Assembly (NCBI GenBank): GCA_964016885.1
Contig: OZ024743.1
Location: 361,274,001 to 361,338,000 of the forward strand
From: Eledone cirrhosa
Lineage: Eukaryota
Direction of reading: 5' to 3'
Length of the DNA: 64,000 bases
Below the pieces are notes generated by a model. The model saw only the letters and a list, made by a program, of their open reading frames with translations. It made no database searches and was not told the DNA's origin. Position 1 is the stretch's first letter; every line of letters starts with the position of its first letter. Both the position numbers and the translations under genes were made by a program. Positions 32,750-49,262 of this stretch are shown here, piece by piece.

Positions 32750-33492
32750 GCTTGAAACTAGTACATCGTTCCTGTGTCAGTGTTGAACAAAAAGGTGACG
32801 TGGTTGCCTTAACACCGTATGGCATAAATTCAGGCTGTTCAGTTTGTTTACAAACGAACAAAGCGACGTTATAATAAGCGCCGCTAAACTGATACGTGCA
32901 TATATGTATGTGTACCTGTATACATATGTATGTATATATGTATATATATATATGTATGTGCATGCTACTGTACGTCTGTATACATATATGTATGTACGTA
33001 TACATGCATACTTACATTTAAGTAAGTGCCATACTAAGTGTGAGAAATGAAATTTCGCTTTCATTTTGTTTCAATTTATCGTTTTTGGTATGCCTGACCG
33101 ATTTAACTCACTCAATATGCAAATTAGGCTGCTCAGCCGTTAATTTTCATAAGGAAAGTATATACTTTCGAACGTTCAACTATCTGGCAGATGGGGAAAC
33201 GGTGCTGATGATAGCTAACAAGCTTGAAACTAGTACATCGTTCCTGTGTCAGTGTTGAACAAAAAGGTGACGTGGTTGCATTAACACCGTATGGCATAAA
33301 TTCAGGCTGTTCAGTTTGTTTACAAACGAACAAAGCGACGTTATAATAAGCGCCGCTAAACTGATACGTGCATATATGTATGTGTACCTGTATGCATATG
33401 TATGTATATATGTATATATATATATATGTGCATGCTACTGTACGTCTGTATACATATATGTATGTACGTATACATGCATACTTACATTTAAG
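32750..33492 (+). mobile_element. 472-bp-period HHR-containing partial tandem (retrozyme/pLTR-like)
   Basis: 32750-33020 is repeated at 33222-33492; first copy begins inside the HHR. Confidence 0.8.
33198..33242 (+). ncRNA. Type I HHR, canonical core
   Basis: AACGGTG-CTGATGA-TAGCT AACA AGCTT-GAA-ACTAGT-A-CATCGTT; predicted cut after 33235. Confidence 0.9.
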
Positions 33493-33518
33493 ATATATAT
33501 ATATATCTCTATATATAT

Positions 33519-33562
<44 letters not shown>

Positions 33563-33628
33563 ATATATATATATATATATATATATATGGATATATATAT
33601 ATGGATATATATATATATATATATATAT

Positions 33629-33700
<72 letters not shown>

Positions 33701-33840
33701 ATATATATATATATATATATATATGGATATATATATATATATATATATATGGATATATATATATATATATGGATATATATATATATATATGGATATATAT
33801 ATATATATATATATATGGATATATATATATATATATATAT

Positions 33841-33890
<50 letters not shown>

Positions 33891-33936
33891 ATATATATAT
33901 ATATATATATATGGATATATATATATATATATATAT

Positions 33937-34010
<74 letters not shown>

Positions 34011-34042
34011 ATATTTATATATACATATATATATATATATAT
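33493..34042 (+). repeat. (TA)n-GG array
   Basis: Same pattern and polarity as the other arrays. Confidence 0.95.
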
Positions 34043-34943
<901 letters not shown>

Positions 34944-34961
34944 GGATATATATATATATAT

Positions 34962-35470
34962 TTATAGTAATAATAATAAATTTGAAGACTAAAATCCAAA
35001 GAGGGCTCGATAAGGATCAATATATATCAAATATATAGGAACCGGAGAGCAAATATTTATTAAAATAACAGGTTAAAGTTTAAGCAAAGAATCGCTGCTT
35101 TCACCCTTAACGGGATCTTCTGAAACTAACAAAGTCAATCCGTAAACGCAGAATTGGAACGTCTCTATGCACCACCTAAGAGAACATTAGTCTACGACCT
35201 CTTTTATGCCATAAACGTGGTTATGTCTTTGCGCGTAAATGTTTTTCACCGCTCCTATTAATGACGTATTATTCGATTTTTCCCGTTCTTCGCCAGCGAA
35301 CGTTTCCACGAACCAAAGTATCGTCTTCCTGTCTTCCTCCGGTTGCAACGTTTTTTGAAATATCCAGTTCTGCGTTTACAGATTGACTTTGTTAGTTTCA
35401 GAAGTTCCCGTTAAGGGTGAAAGCAGCGATTCTTTGCTTAAACTTTAAATCTGTTATTTTAATAAATATA
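34962..35470. repeat. Family X fold-back (plus copy and minus copy)
   Basis: 35053-35155 is the reverse complement of ~35363-35470. Confidence 0.8.
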
Positions 35471-35486
35471 TATATATTTACATATA

Positions 35487-35535
<49 letters not shown>

Positions 35536-35682
35536 ATATATATATATATATATATATGGATATATATATATATATATATGGATATATATATATATATATA
35601 TATATGCATATATATATATATATATATATGGATATATATATATATATATATATGGATATATATATATATATTATATATATGG

Positions 35683-38777
<3,095 letters not shown>

Positions 38778-38811
38778 AAATAAGATTCCGTTTCAAGCAT
38801 AACTTCATACA

Positions 38812-39205
38812 GTATGTATAGAAATTTCGTATTTACAAAGAAATACGGTTTTAGGAAGCCGTAGCTATGCAATCACCGGTGGGCTACCGCCCCCAGGTAA
38901 TGTCCAGCAGAAGCAAGGGGGACAAGCTATGCTTGAAGCGGAATCTTATTTCTTTACTATTTTAAGTTGAGCCAACTTATGCAGCTTCATATGCAAATGA
39001 GATTAATCACCTCATTTATGCAGACGAGAAAAGTATATATTCTCGCCTGTCTTCTAGTCCAGCAGCCGCAAGCGGTGGGAGGGTTTGTGCTGACGGTTGT
39101 CCCCCTTACTTCTGATGGACATCACCTGAGGGTGTTATCCCCCGATGTTTGCATAGCTACGGCTTCCTAAAACCGTATTTCTTTAGAAATACGAAATTTC
39201 TGTAC
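38812..39205. repeat. Fold-back / MITE-like element with ~115-bp imperfect inverted arms
   Basis: AGAAATTTCGTATTT..GGAAGCCGTAGCTATGCAA..AGGGGGACAA mirrored at 39097-39205. Confidence 0.7.
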
Positions 39206-39237
39206 ACACACACACACACATATATATATCTATCTAT

Positions 39238-39408
39238 CTAAGGCGGGTAAAATTCCCGAGATCCATGGACGAGTTCTCTCCAGCGGTCTCTGTCCCTCAT
39301 TATCGCTGCCATATCCTGCATCTCCAACAGACCAGTGTCTGTCCTTAGGTCATCAACATATGTTAACCTTGGTCTTCCTCTTCTAGTGTGTCCATGTAGG
39401 GCTCCCAA
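39238..39408 (-). mobile_element. Short 3' copy of the RTE at 34043-34730
   Basis: Reverse complement of ~34559-34731. Confidence 0.9.
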
Positions 39409-39462
39409 ACCTTGCTATTTTTACACGGAGTTTGGTCAATTAGACACGCACACTCATGTACA

Positions 39463-39530
<68 letters not shown>

Positions 39531-39647
39531 TGTATATGAGTGTGCGTGTCTAATTGACCAAACTCCGTGTAAAAATAGCAAGGTTTAACTTAAAACCTGA
39601 AAATGATTCAGCATTGATTATTTGGTGACCTTATGAAAAGCTTAGTG

Positions 39648-39800
39648 AAGGCGCATGGCCTAGTGGTTACGGTGTTTTGACATACAATCATAATGTCATG
39701 GGTTTGATTTACGGACAGTGAGCCACTTTCTAATTTTGAGCAAACAGATTTATTTTCACTTTGCTCCAATAGACTCAGCTGAAAATGAGAGCCAGCAATA
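39648..39800 (+). mobile_element. Degenerate tRNA-headed SINE, second family (partial copy ~45703-45765)
   Basis: GGCGCATGGCCTAGTGGTTA A-box, degenerate B-box GGTTTGATT, TTGAGCAA..TTTATTT..CAC.TTGCTCC core. Confidence 0.55.
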
Positions 39801-40494
39801 ATTGGGAGTTAAAACAGTAATAGAACGGTCTCCATTGATGGACAAGTCTTGTAATATCAGTCGCATAATTCCAAGAAAAGAAACAGCATATACCGCTTCC
39901 AATGAATTGCTGATATAATTGGAATTTGATAACAACGCAATGACATTGAAACGTAGTTTGATTCGATTTTCTTATTCTACGACATGAAATATCTATACAC
40001 TCTTTTTAATAACCATTTCGATTCGATCTTGCCCTAACATAATTTAGTATATTAATAAATATTTCGTTGGCATATAATCACAAATGGTGGTTTCTGTACT
40101 TAAATCGGATCAATCTCGCCTACTTCTTAGACTACACAGGCCTTGAATGGATGAAATGCAAAATAGACAACGATTTTGAGTTTTTTTCTTCTCAGGCCAT
40201 TATACTAGACAAGAGAGATATTTTGTCTTCCACATTTTAGTAACTCTGTATTCTCTTTCTCAGGCCATACCGAGTCACCGTCATTTTAATTATTTCACCA
40301 TTGAATTTTTAAATTAACAGGACGACAAAAAGTCCTCTACTTGTATTGCGGCATGTAATGTCCCTTTATATTAGGAGTTCAGATCTCGCAAGCATATATT
40401 ACAAATATTCATATATCTTACATCAAATTCAATGTCCGTGCAATTTGAGTTTGGAAAAACGTTGATGACACAATAATAATACGATGCTCCATCA

Positions 40495-40650
40495 TAATTG
40501 TTTCTACTTTAGGCACAAGGCCAGCAATTACCCAGTGCATTACTGGTACTTTATTTTATCGACCCCGTAAGGATGAAAGGCAAAGTCAACCTCGGCAGGA
40601 TTTGAACTCAGATCGTAAAGGGACGTAACTATGCTGGAAAGATGGCGCAT
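40495..40650 (-). mobile_element. tRNA-derived SINE (main family), partial; similar copy at 43490-43610
   Basis: Reverse complement of the 51428-51617 body. Confidence 0.85.
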
Positions 40651-41369
40651 CATAATGTTTTCTAATATATGCTCATAACCACAAATGTTCGAAAGTTATA
40701 CTATTACAGTATTTTACTAAGGTTTTATTTATTGACGTCAAAAGTATGAAGAGCAAAAGTCGATGGGTCGGCAGTTTTAACACAGAACAAATAGAGATCT
40801 CACAAAATTGCTTACTAACATAGTTACATGGTATCAAATATTAGCGAAGATTGCATTCAATAGCTTAAATGAACCTCAGAGTGTTACAGGTACTTTATTT
40901 TACAAAAGCAAATTCAATCTCAGCCACATATAATTTCTGAACCTACGGAGACGTAACTAATTAATAACAAGGCATAGTTTTATAAATTCTCAATCAGTGC
41001 CATCAAGTCACCACTATAATCAATAGAATTGCGTACTAAGATAATATTTGTACCATTACAGCCTTGTCAATATCGCCAGCATAAGATGTAAAATGAACTA
41101 GTGATTGGCTAATTGAAAAATAGTAACGAGCAACGCTATTTTTAAATTAATGCGATTAGAAAGACAACAGTTATTTACATGTAGTGAAGTGTGAGTGAAT
41201 GTTCTTTGGCACTTTCCCTAGAATATTATCTACACGAGTGAAACAAATTTAGTTAACGACGAATAGAATATGTGTGGTATATTCGACTACATAGAAGTTT
41301 ACCTATTGTTCTATGAAAAATAACTAATGATAATATACATCTCCTGGACGGCATCAACAATTACCATTG

Positions 41370-41800
41370 TTTCTTCTTCTTCTTCTTCTTCTTCTTCTTC
41401 TTCGCCCACTTGTACCTCAGAGGATCGTGAAGCAGAGTCATTAAACATTCATTCCAGTGGGTCCTGTCAAAAAGCCACCGTCTACAACTTATTCGGCAGG
41501 ATCTCCAAGCTCATGGATGTTATCAAACCATCGTACTCGGGGTCTACCCTGGGTCTCTTGCCTGTTGGTTTTGCCCGTAAAATCTGTCTAGCGATTCTTT
41601 CCTCTGACATTCTAAACACATGGCAATAGTATCGGAGGTGTGCTATCTCAATTCGGAGCAGTAACGTCTCTGCCTGGAGTGACTCTCTGATATCCTAGCT
41701 ACGCAGTCTATCGAGTAGCGTTACTCCAAAACTCATGCGGAGGAACACCATTTCAGCCGCTTGCATTCGCGATTGTATTCTGTCGGTCAATGCCCAAGAT
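41370..41800 (-). mobile_element. RTE LINE 3' fragment with (GAA)n tail
   Basis: (TTC)n 41371-41403 followed by sequence homologous to 46845-47250. Confidence 0.75.
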
Positions 41801-43674
41801 TATCCACAACCTGAGACTACTAAACTCTGTTCAACTAAAATATTCCAATGCATCATGAAAATATAGCGTATATTATATATATATATATATGTGTGTGTAA
41901 ACATGTATATGTGTAAACATGTATATGTGTGTATTTATGTTTGTATGTTTGTATGTTTGTATGTATGTATGTATGCTCAGATGAATATATAGGTGTGTGT
42001 GTGACTTGTAAGTGGTGTTGGAGTACATATTTGTTTGTGTAGTGGAAAGGAAACAAAATATATAGCTAATCGGATCGGTCTTCTTCGGAGTGGGAGTAGT
42101 CGGTAAGTAAATATTTAAGCACACACATATTTTATATAATAAAATCTTTCATATATATATGTGTGTGCGTTGAAGCATTATATTAAATATGTGCTTGGAC
42201 AAAGATTTGATTTCTTATATGCTTTTTATTTTATCTCGTTACTATACTTCCGCACGCTTAGATTTGTACAAAGTAATTCATGAATGATCACTTTCATATA
42301 GCAGTATGAGTTTTATTCTTAACGTATTTTATTCTATTATAATATTATTTCATGTCTATATGAAATCTTTCCATTATTTTTCCAATCTTCCGAACAAACA
42401 ATATGTTTAGAAATCTAGGATTGTTTTTTCTGAATCTAGACAACATTTTGTAAACTGAGTAATTGCGCAATTCGCTGAAATGCTCTTACATGAGCTGCAG
42501 CGAGAATGTTTGTGCTCTTTCTCTTTGTATTATATTGAGAAAATATGTATGTCAAGTTATATGTAAGAATAAGATATATTTCAGATAAACAAGGTTCCAA
42601 TACATCAAAAGGCTAGAATTCATATACGGAAAGTATTCGAATAAAGAGCAAAACAGACTACAAACGTTTTAATAAATTGATACAGGTGGATATGTTCCAA
42701 TAGAATATTAAATCTCTCTAATCTGGTTACATAGAATCCTTTATATTGTATTCTAGACATAAAATGTAAATATTCATATTATAACTAGAGAATCAAAGAC
42801 TAAATTATACAAAATTAAACTTATGAGACTCCTAATTTCAATAAATATCATGTTTTATGTCAAATAATGGGAAACTACATTTGAAATTGTCTAGAGATTT
42901 ACTGAACAATTTTCCAATAAAATCAAATTATTACAGTCACTATAAAGATGAACATTTTCTTTTTTCGTATCAATAGTAAAATCAAAGTGCGGGTTCAATA
43001 TGCAAGAAATAGAACCTAACTATCCTTCAAATCTAACCTACATACGGGATAATATAGTCATAATATATTGTGTCTGGGAGAAGAAATGTTTATGGTAGGA
43101 ACGATTTTGATCATCATTTTGTTTAATATAGCTTGTTAACTCATCAGATGGAGAGGGTGAAATATTTTCTCTACTCGTACTCTCTTTCTCGCTCTTTGTA
43201 GTTATCTAATTATCTTATGTAAGTGTCCCTGGCTAGCGGTGCAATATTCTCAACGCTGATTAGTTTACCTCTTAAAGTAGTTTTGGTACATCTATCTAAT
43301 CACATAACCATTCGTGTTTTTGCTGAAGCTGTGGACATGTTTTATTAGTTTTTCTAGTTCGGTGTTGTTCCTCATAAAATGTTTTAAGTGATCCATTTAC
43401 ACAAGCGGGATTAATGTCATCCGATTAGTTTACGAAGTCAGAGAAAGGAGTAACGTGTCCTATTGAAAGATTCCTATTACCGTGGTTATAATGGTTTCTA
43501 CTTTAGGTACAAGGCCAGCAATTACCCAGTGCATTACTGGTACTTTATTTTATCGACCCCGTAAAGATGAAAGGCAAAGTCAACCTCGGCGGGATTTGAA
43601 CTCAGATCGTGATGATTTTCATGTTTGTCTCTCTATATTTCAGATTAATCTTAGTTTTCCTCCATAATGTCATA

Positions 43675-43745
<71 letters not shown>

Positions 43746-45874
43746 TTAGTTCTTCTGGTAGAAAATCCAGTTCATTCTTAATGGACCAATTCACGAGAAG
43801 CTGATTTGTATAGCCATGCATCTTTTCCGGTACCCATTCTCTTCTTATTATAGCATGTTGTTGCTTTCCAGGCGTGTTACTAACCCGTTGTACATGGATG
43901 CAATGATTTTATGCATTGTTTGAAGGCATGTTATAGGGCCAATGGTATTTTGTTTTTGACTATTATAGTGGGTTTCGCTACCAGCATACTTCAATGTATT
44001 AATTCTGGCTTGCTTACCATTTAACTAAATGCTGTTGCTACGTATTTATGCATACTGATGAGGTCTGTAATTGCTAACATTTCTCAAACTGTTAGTGATA
44101 TTGATGTTATGCGATGTTTGTGGTACTAACCTGATTTTTTGTTCCTTTTACTGTCTTATCATTGGTGCATTTTGCTGCATGGGCGGTGTTCTATGCTCTA
44201 CCAGTAAGACGGAGTATCTGATAAAATGGCTTTTTCTGTAATCGTTGTAGGTTCTGCAGATCATTTGGTATTTACCTTAAATTCCTTGTTCACTTGGAGG
44301 AAACTCTTGCGTTTGCATAGCGCTTATATGGGTGAGTTTACCTTTTGTTTTCAATGTGACGTTTTGTATACTTATGCTTTGGTTTTTGTTATTTGTATAC
44401 TTTTGTCGTCTAGTTCACATAAAAAAAAGTATAGATCTTTCTTTTGTTTTTTTCAGTTCCTATTTAATATTTTCTTTACGTTTTGGAATTCTTTAGTTTA
44501 GCTGGGTTTCCTCTGTTCAGGCGAAGCAGTTTTCTCTGGATATCACTATTGCTATTGTGCACATAATGTCATTCGGTATGTCGGTATTCTGCCAGCCTGA
44601 TGTCATTAGCATCAGTACTTGTTGGGTACTATTCTTTAATAGAGTGGTTTATTCCTTGGAAGATTGAAGTGTTTACCATGATTCTTGTTTATTAATTTTA
44701 TCGAACTCTATTAATATGTTTCCTTTATTTCTAGATAGATTCACCTCAATAATGATTCTGGTGGATCTGTCACGGTCAGTGTTTTCATCCTACTTCTTTG
44801 AACGGGGGAAACATGGTATATTTTCGCTGTGCCTTTATATATTGTTGAACGTTTCTATGATACTTATGTTCCTTCGTTCCGAATTTTCTTTCTCTATATG
44901 CATTTTTATACACTGTTCTGTACTATTTAATTCATGCAAAGTAATAGTTCCATTTTGGGTTGTGTTCTCACAAATATGCGTGATTGCCTGTATTGTGTTC
45001 CTTATTTAATTTACGAGGTTTTACGTGTTTGACTCCAGGTAGGTTCTCTTGAGTTATACGTATTTTTATTATTTCTTCTCGTTGTTCTGGTTTGATTAGA
45101 TATTTTACTGCGATTCGATTTTGGAGACTTTAGCCTCTTGTAAATTAAATCGTTGGGTGTTGTTACATTGTTTCCTTAAAATTTTGTTTTGTTTTCCTCC
45201 ATAGATTTGTGTCTCGTTTTCTGATGCTCGTATGATTTGGAAACAGTGTTGCTGTCTAAAATTCATATAACACTTCAGTATCGTCATTATTTGTCAACCA
45301 TTTCCTCTTCATTATACTTTTCTTTTTAGAGGTTGTTATTAAGAGACAGGCCTATCCGTTTTGTGTTAATGTTTTAAGAGAACACCGGCTCTCAATTCTG
45401 CGATAAGAGTTATTTTTAATTTTTTTAAGTTATCGCATTCGATTCACAAAATGAAACTCTATCCCCACTTTTGTTGAGAGAAAGAGAGATTTTTCACTGG
45501 GTGTACCTCGATTGCTTAATTTTTCTTTTCTAAAGTAGTGTCTTAGAATTCATTGAGAGACAATTCGTTCTGTTCTTTTTCGTGTTTATCAGTTCGATTG
45601 CATTTTTTTCCGTTTCATTCCTTCATTTTCGCGTGAGTGAGGTATAAACATTAAACATATTGTTATAATAATAATACTATTATTATATTCTTATTATTAT
45701 CATTCCCAGATCGGGCGATGCGTTATGTCCTTGAGCAAGATATTTTATTTCACGTTGCTCCTTCTACCTGGAGTTGCGACCGATAGATAGTATTAGCAAT
45801 TTCAAAGACCAATGGAAAAATTGTTTCCTCGGTCCGATTTCACGAAAGTCGATCGTTCCTATTATCATAAAAAA

Positions 45875-46480
45875 TTTGAATTCAAATCCCGCCGAGGATG
45901 GGTTTGCCTTTCATATTTACGGGATCGTTAAAATAAAGTACCAGTAATCACTGGGGTCGATTTAATCGACATTCCCCTCGCCTGCAAATTGCTGGCCTTG
46001 TGCCTAAATATAAACAATTATTATTACTGTTATTGAGCGGGGGATTTGCAGTATCGATGGAGTATCGGACACCCTGCTTCGCAGTATTGAATCACAGCCC
46101 TTTTCGTTCTGAGTTCAAATCCTGCCGCGGTTAGCTTTGCCTATCATCTTTACCGGGTCGATGAAATAAAGTACCAGTCATGAACTGGGGCCGATTTAAT
46201 CGACTTTCCCCTATATGTAAAAATCGCTGACCTTGTGCCTAAATCAGAAACCATTATTATTATTATTGGACGGTAGGTTGGCAGTATTGCTAGGTTGTCG
46301 GACACCCTGCTTTGCGACATATAGTTACGATCCTTTATGTTCTGAATTATAATCCCTCTGACATTAGTTTTGTCTTTTCATCCTTACGAGTTCGATAAAA
46401 TACAGAACCAGTCTCACATAGGGGGTCGATTTCATCGATATTTCCTCCCCAAAAAATTGTTGGCCTTGTGCCTAAATCAG
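45875..46480 (+). mobile_element. Three head-to-tail diverged copies of the main SINE
   Basis: GAGTTCAAATCC B-box, GGTCGAT.AAATAAAGTACCAGT and GGCCTTGTGCCTAAA recur at ~45880, 46110, 46340. Confidence 0.85.
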
Positions 46481-46487
46481 TCGGCTG

Positions 46488-47342
46488 GAATTTGCAGACA
46501 ACATGTTGTTACTTAACTCGACAGAAGATGATCTCCGACTTGTACTTGATAGGTTTGATGCCGATTACTGCTTGGCTGGAATGAAAATCAGTACTACGAA
46601 AACCGAGACACTCGTCCTCTCAAGGAAGACTGCAAAGTGCACACAACATGTCAATGGAGTTCTACCGAAGAAGGTAGAAACCTTCAAGTAAGCAGGAGTC
46701 TGAATTAAGGGCAGAAATTGCAAAGGCTGGTCAACTAATGCACCAGCTTCAGCATTCAGTAATCAGAAGTAGGGAGGTAGGCATAAAAGCCAAACTGGCT
46801 ATCTTCAAATCAGTTTTGGTGCCAACCCTTACCTATGGTCATGTATCTTGGGAAATAACCGAAAGAATACGATCGCAAATATAAGCGGCCGAAATGGGAT
46901 TCCTTTGAAAGGTATTTGGAGTAACGTTAATCGATAAAGTGCGTAACTTGAAGATCAGAGAGTCATTCCAGGTAGAGCCACTGCTTCTTCGAATTGAGAG
47001 ATCACAGCTCCGGCATGTGGTTAGAATGTCTCAGAAAATAATCACTGGGCAGATTTTACGGACAAAACCAACATGCAGGTCACCCAGGCGCAGACGCCGA
47101 GCAAGACGGTTGGAAGACATCCATGAGCTTGACTTCTCACATTTGGTGTTCCTGCCGAATCAGTTGTAGACGGTTGCTTCTGACAGGACTCACTGGAATG
47201 AATATTTGATGACTCTGCCTCTACGACCCTCTCATGAATAAGTGGGCGAAGAAGAAGAAGAAGAAGAAGAAGAAGAAGAAGAAGAAGAAGAAGAAGAAGA
47301 AGAAGAAGAAGAAGAAGAAGAAGAAGAAGAAGAAGAAGAAGA
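46488..47342 (+). mobile_element. Degenerate RTE LINE 3' part with (GAA)n tail
   Basis: FADNMLLL..AGMKISTTKTE..VETFK, LTYGH, EPLLLRIERSQLR; (GAA)n 47248-47342. Confidence 0.85.
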
Positions 47343-47860
47343 CATTCTGCGTGTGTTTACAGACGCATGAACAGGCCATAAAACATTACGTTGAAGTAAT
47401 ATATTTGAATTAACTATCTAATTTATCATAGTATGTGCATAGGTTTTGTAGACGTTATTCTGTCACACGCATATTCAAATGTTTTGTTAGGGTTGTTTAA
47501 ACAGATGAAAAATGTATCTAAAACAAATTTCATATATCTTATATTTCGATTATTTGCCTGTCTAAGCGAAGTTATAATATAAATATATGAAGAGATAGTA
47601 TTGATTTAACCAACAATTTAACATATCGACCAGTGTAATCATATTATTCAATATAATTTGGTACCAGACAAACATTATTTGCTACTAGGTTAGTTGGGGC
47701 ATTAAACAGATAGATACACCGCAGGAAATAATGATGGGTTTCAGGCAAAGGAACAATAATGAAACTATTTTAATTATGAAACACACACGGTTTGTGTATG
47801 TATAGATGCATGCACGTATAGGTACATAGACACGCACATATATGCATGTATGTATGCATG

Positions 47861-47891
<31 letters not shown>

Positions 47892-47966
47892 ATGTATGTG
47901 TGTGTATGTAAATATGTGGATATGATATATATCAGAGCTCTGACAGTTTGGCAGGTGAACAGTGAG

Positions 47967-48010
47967 CTGTACTGATGAAGGGTGATACCCAGAAACATTA
48001 GTGTCTACAG
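47967..48010 (+). ncRNA. Type I HHR, canonical core
   Basis: CTGTA-CTGATGA-AGGGT GAT ACCCA-GAA-ACA TTAG TGT-C-TACAG; predicted cut after 48005. Confidence 0.92.
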
Positions 48011-48388
48011 TTCTGTTCGCATGCTAACACAAGAGCAAGAATGAAGTGTTCATTCTACTGACATGACTATAACATTGAGACTTGTTTGCATAATTGCAAA
48101 CGAATCGATTGTTATTATTAATATTCGAAAAACTCAGATTACATTTATTCTATTCCGCCATGTAGAGCGACATTTCCCTTTTTTATATGAATTCGTCAAA
48201 GCCGGCCGTTTCTCGTTCGTATACAGGAAACTGACTGACCAGTCTGCAGATATGCAAATCTGGTAATATGCAGATCTGACTGATCAGCCAGTCTGCTAAT
48301 ATGCAAATCAAGCCGGTCAGTCACTGTGTATTTTTGAAAATAGCATATATGTTCACTAGCTCTGACAGTTTGGCAGCTGAACAGTGAG

Positions 48389-48432
48389 CTGTACTGATGA
48401 AGGGTGATACCCAGAAACATTAGTGTCTGCAG
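48389..48432 (+). ncRNA. Type I HHR, second copy
   Basis: Identical core; stem I 3' strand TGCAG keeps pairing through a G-U pair. Confidence 0.9.
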
Positions 48433-48567
48433 TTCTGTTCGCATGCTAACACAAGAGCAAGAATGAAGTGTTCATTCTGCTGACATGAATATAACTTGAG
48501 GCTTGTTTGTATAATTGCAAACTAATCGAATGTTATTATTAATATTCGAAAAACTCAGATTACATTT

Positions 48568-48621
<54 letters not shown>

Positions 48622-48815
48622 TATTAGATATATATTAGATATATATATATATAATATATATATATAACAGAGGTGTGGTAAGAAACCAGGTGGACCATAA
48701 AGCACCAGGGTACTCGATACTTAGGGTAGTAGAGTGAGTAATAGGAAAAGAGTCACGACCACGGACCCAGCTGTCGAAACAGCCGGAGCTCAGCCGTCGG
48801 GGTCCTGACTCATTT

Positions 48816-48857
<42 letters not shown>

Positions 48858-49234
48858 CAGAAGGGATATTCAATTTGTTGGTAATTCAACAAATATAAAT
48901 GTTTATAACTGATTCAGAGCACTCGACAAGTTTTCTGGAGTATAATATTCAATGATATTAAATAAATGGAAACTATATTTATAAAACCATATTTATTATA
49001 TTATATAAATTTCAAGGGTACCAACACTTTGGTACGCTTTCATCAGATAAAATACAAAGTTTGTTTTATAAATTTTGACATAACCAAGTTGAATATGTAG
49101 TTGAATAAAAGAACAGAGAACCAAAAAAAACAGAGAGGCAGTACAAATGTTAAGGGACAAACAAACAAACAAACGCAGGAGTCAATGGTACATGGTGTTA
49201 TTAGCTTCACGCTCGGTGAGAGTGAGGAAGGTAT

Positions 49235-49262
49235 GACGTTTCGGACATAAGTCTTTCGTCAG
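49235..49262 (-). ncRNA. Minimal HHR core near the 3' end of a CA-rich repeat (~49160-50755, minus strand)
   Basis: CTGACGA-AAGAC TTAT GTCC-GAA-ACGT-C; stem I not evident. Confidence 0.55.

Larger units (their letters stand above)
47936..48570 (+). mobile_element. 422-bp-period HHR dimer (retrozyme/pLTR-like)
   Basis: 47936-48148 is repeated at 48358-48569; no ORF; flanked by TA/TG microsatellites. Confidence 0.85.

Noticed and set aside
43745-45600. Possible very old LINE ORF1/ORF2 on the minus strand
   Set aside because: Only faint motif hints with many stops; cannot be supported without a profile search
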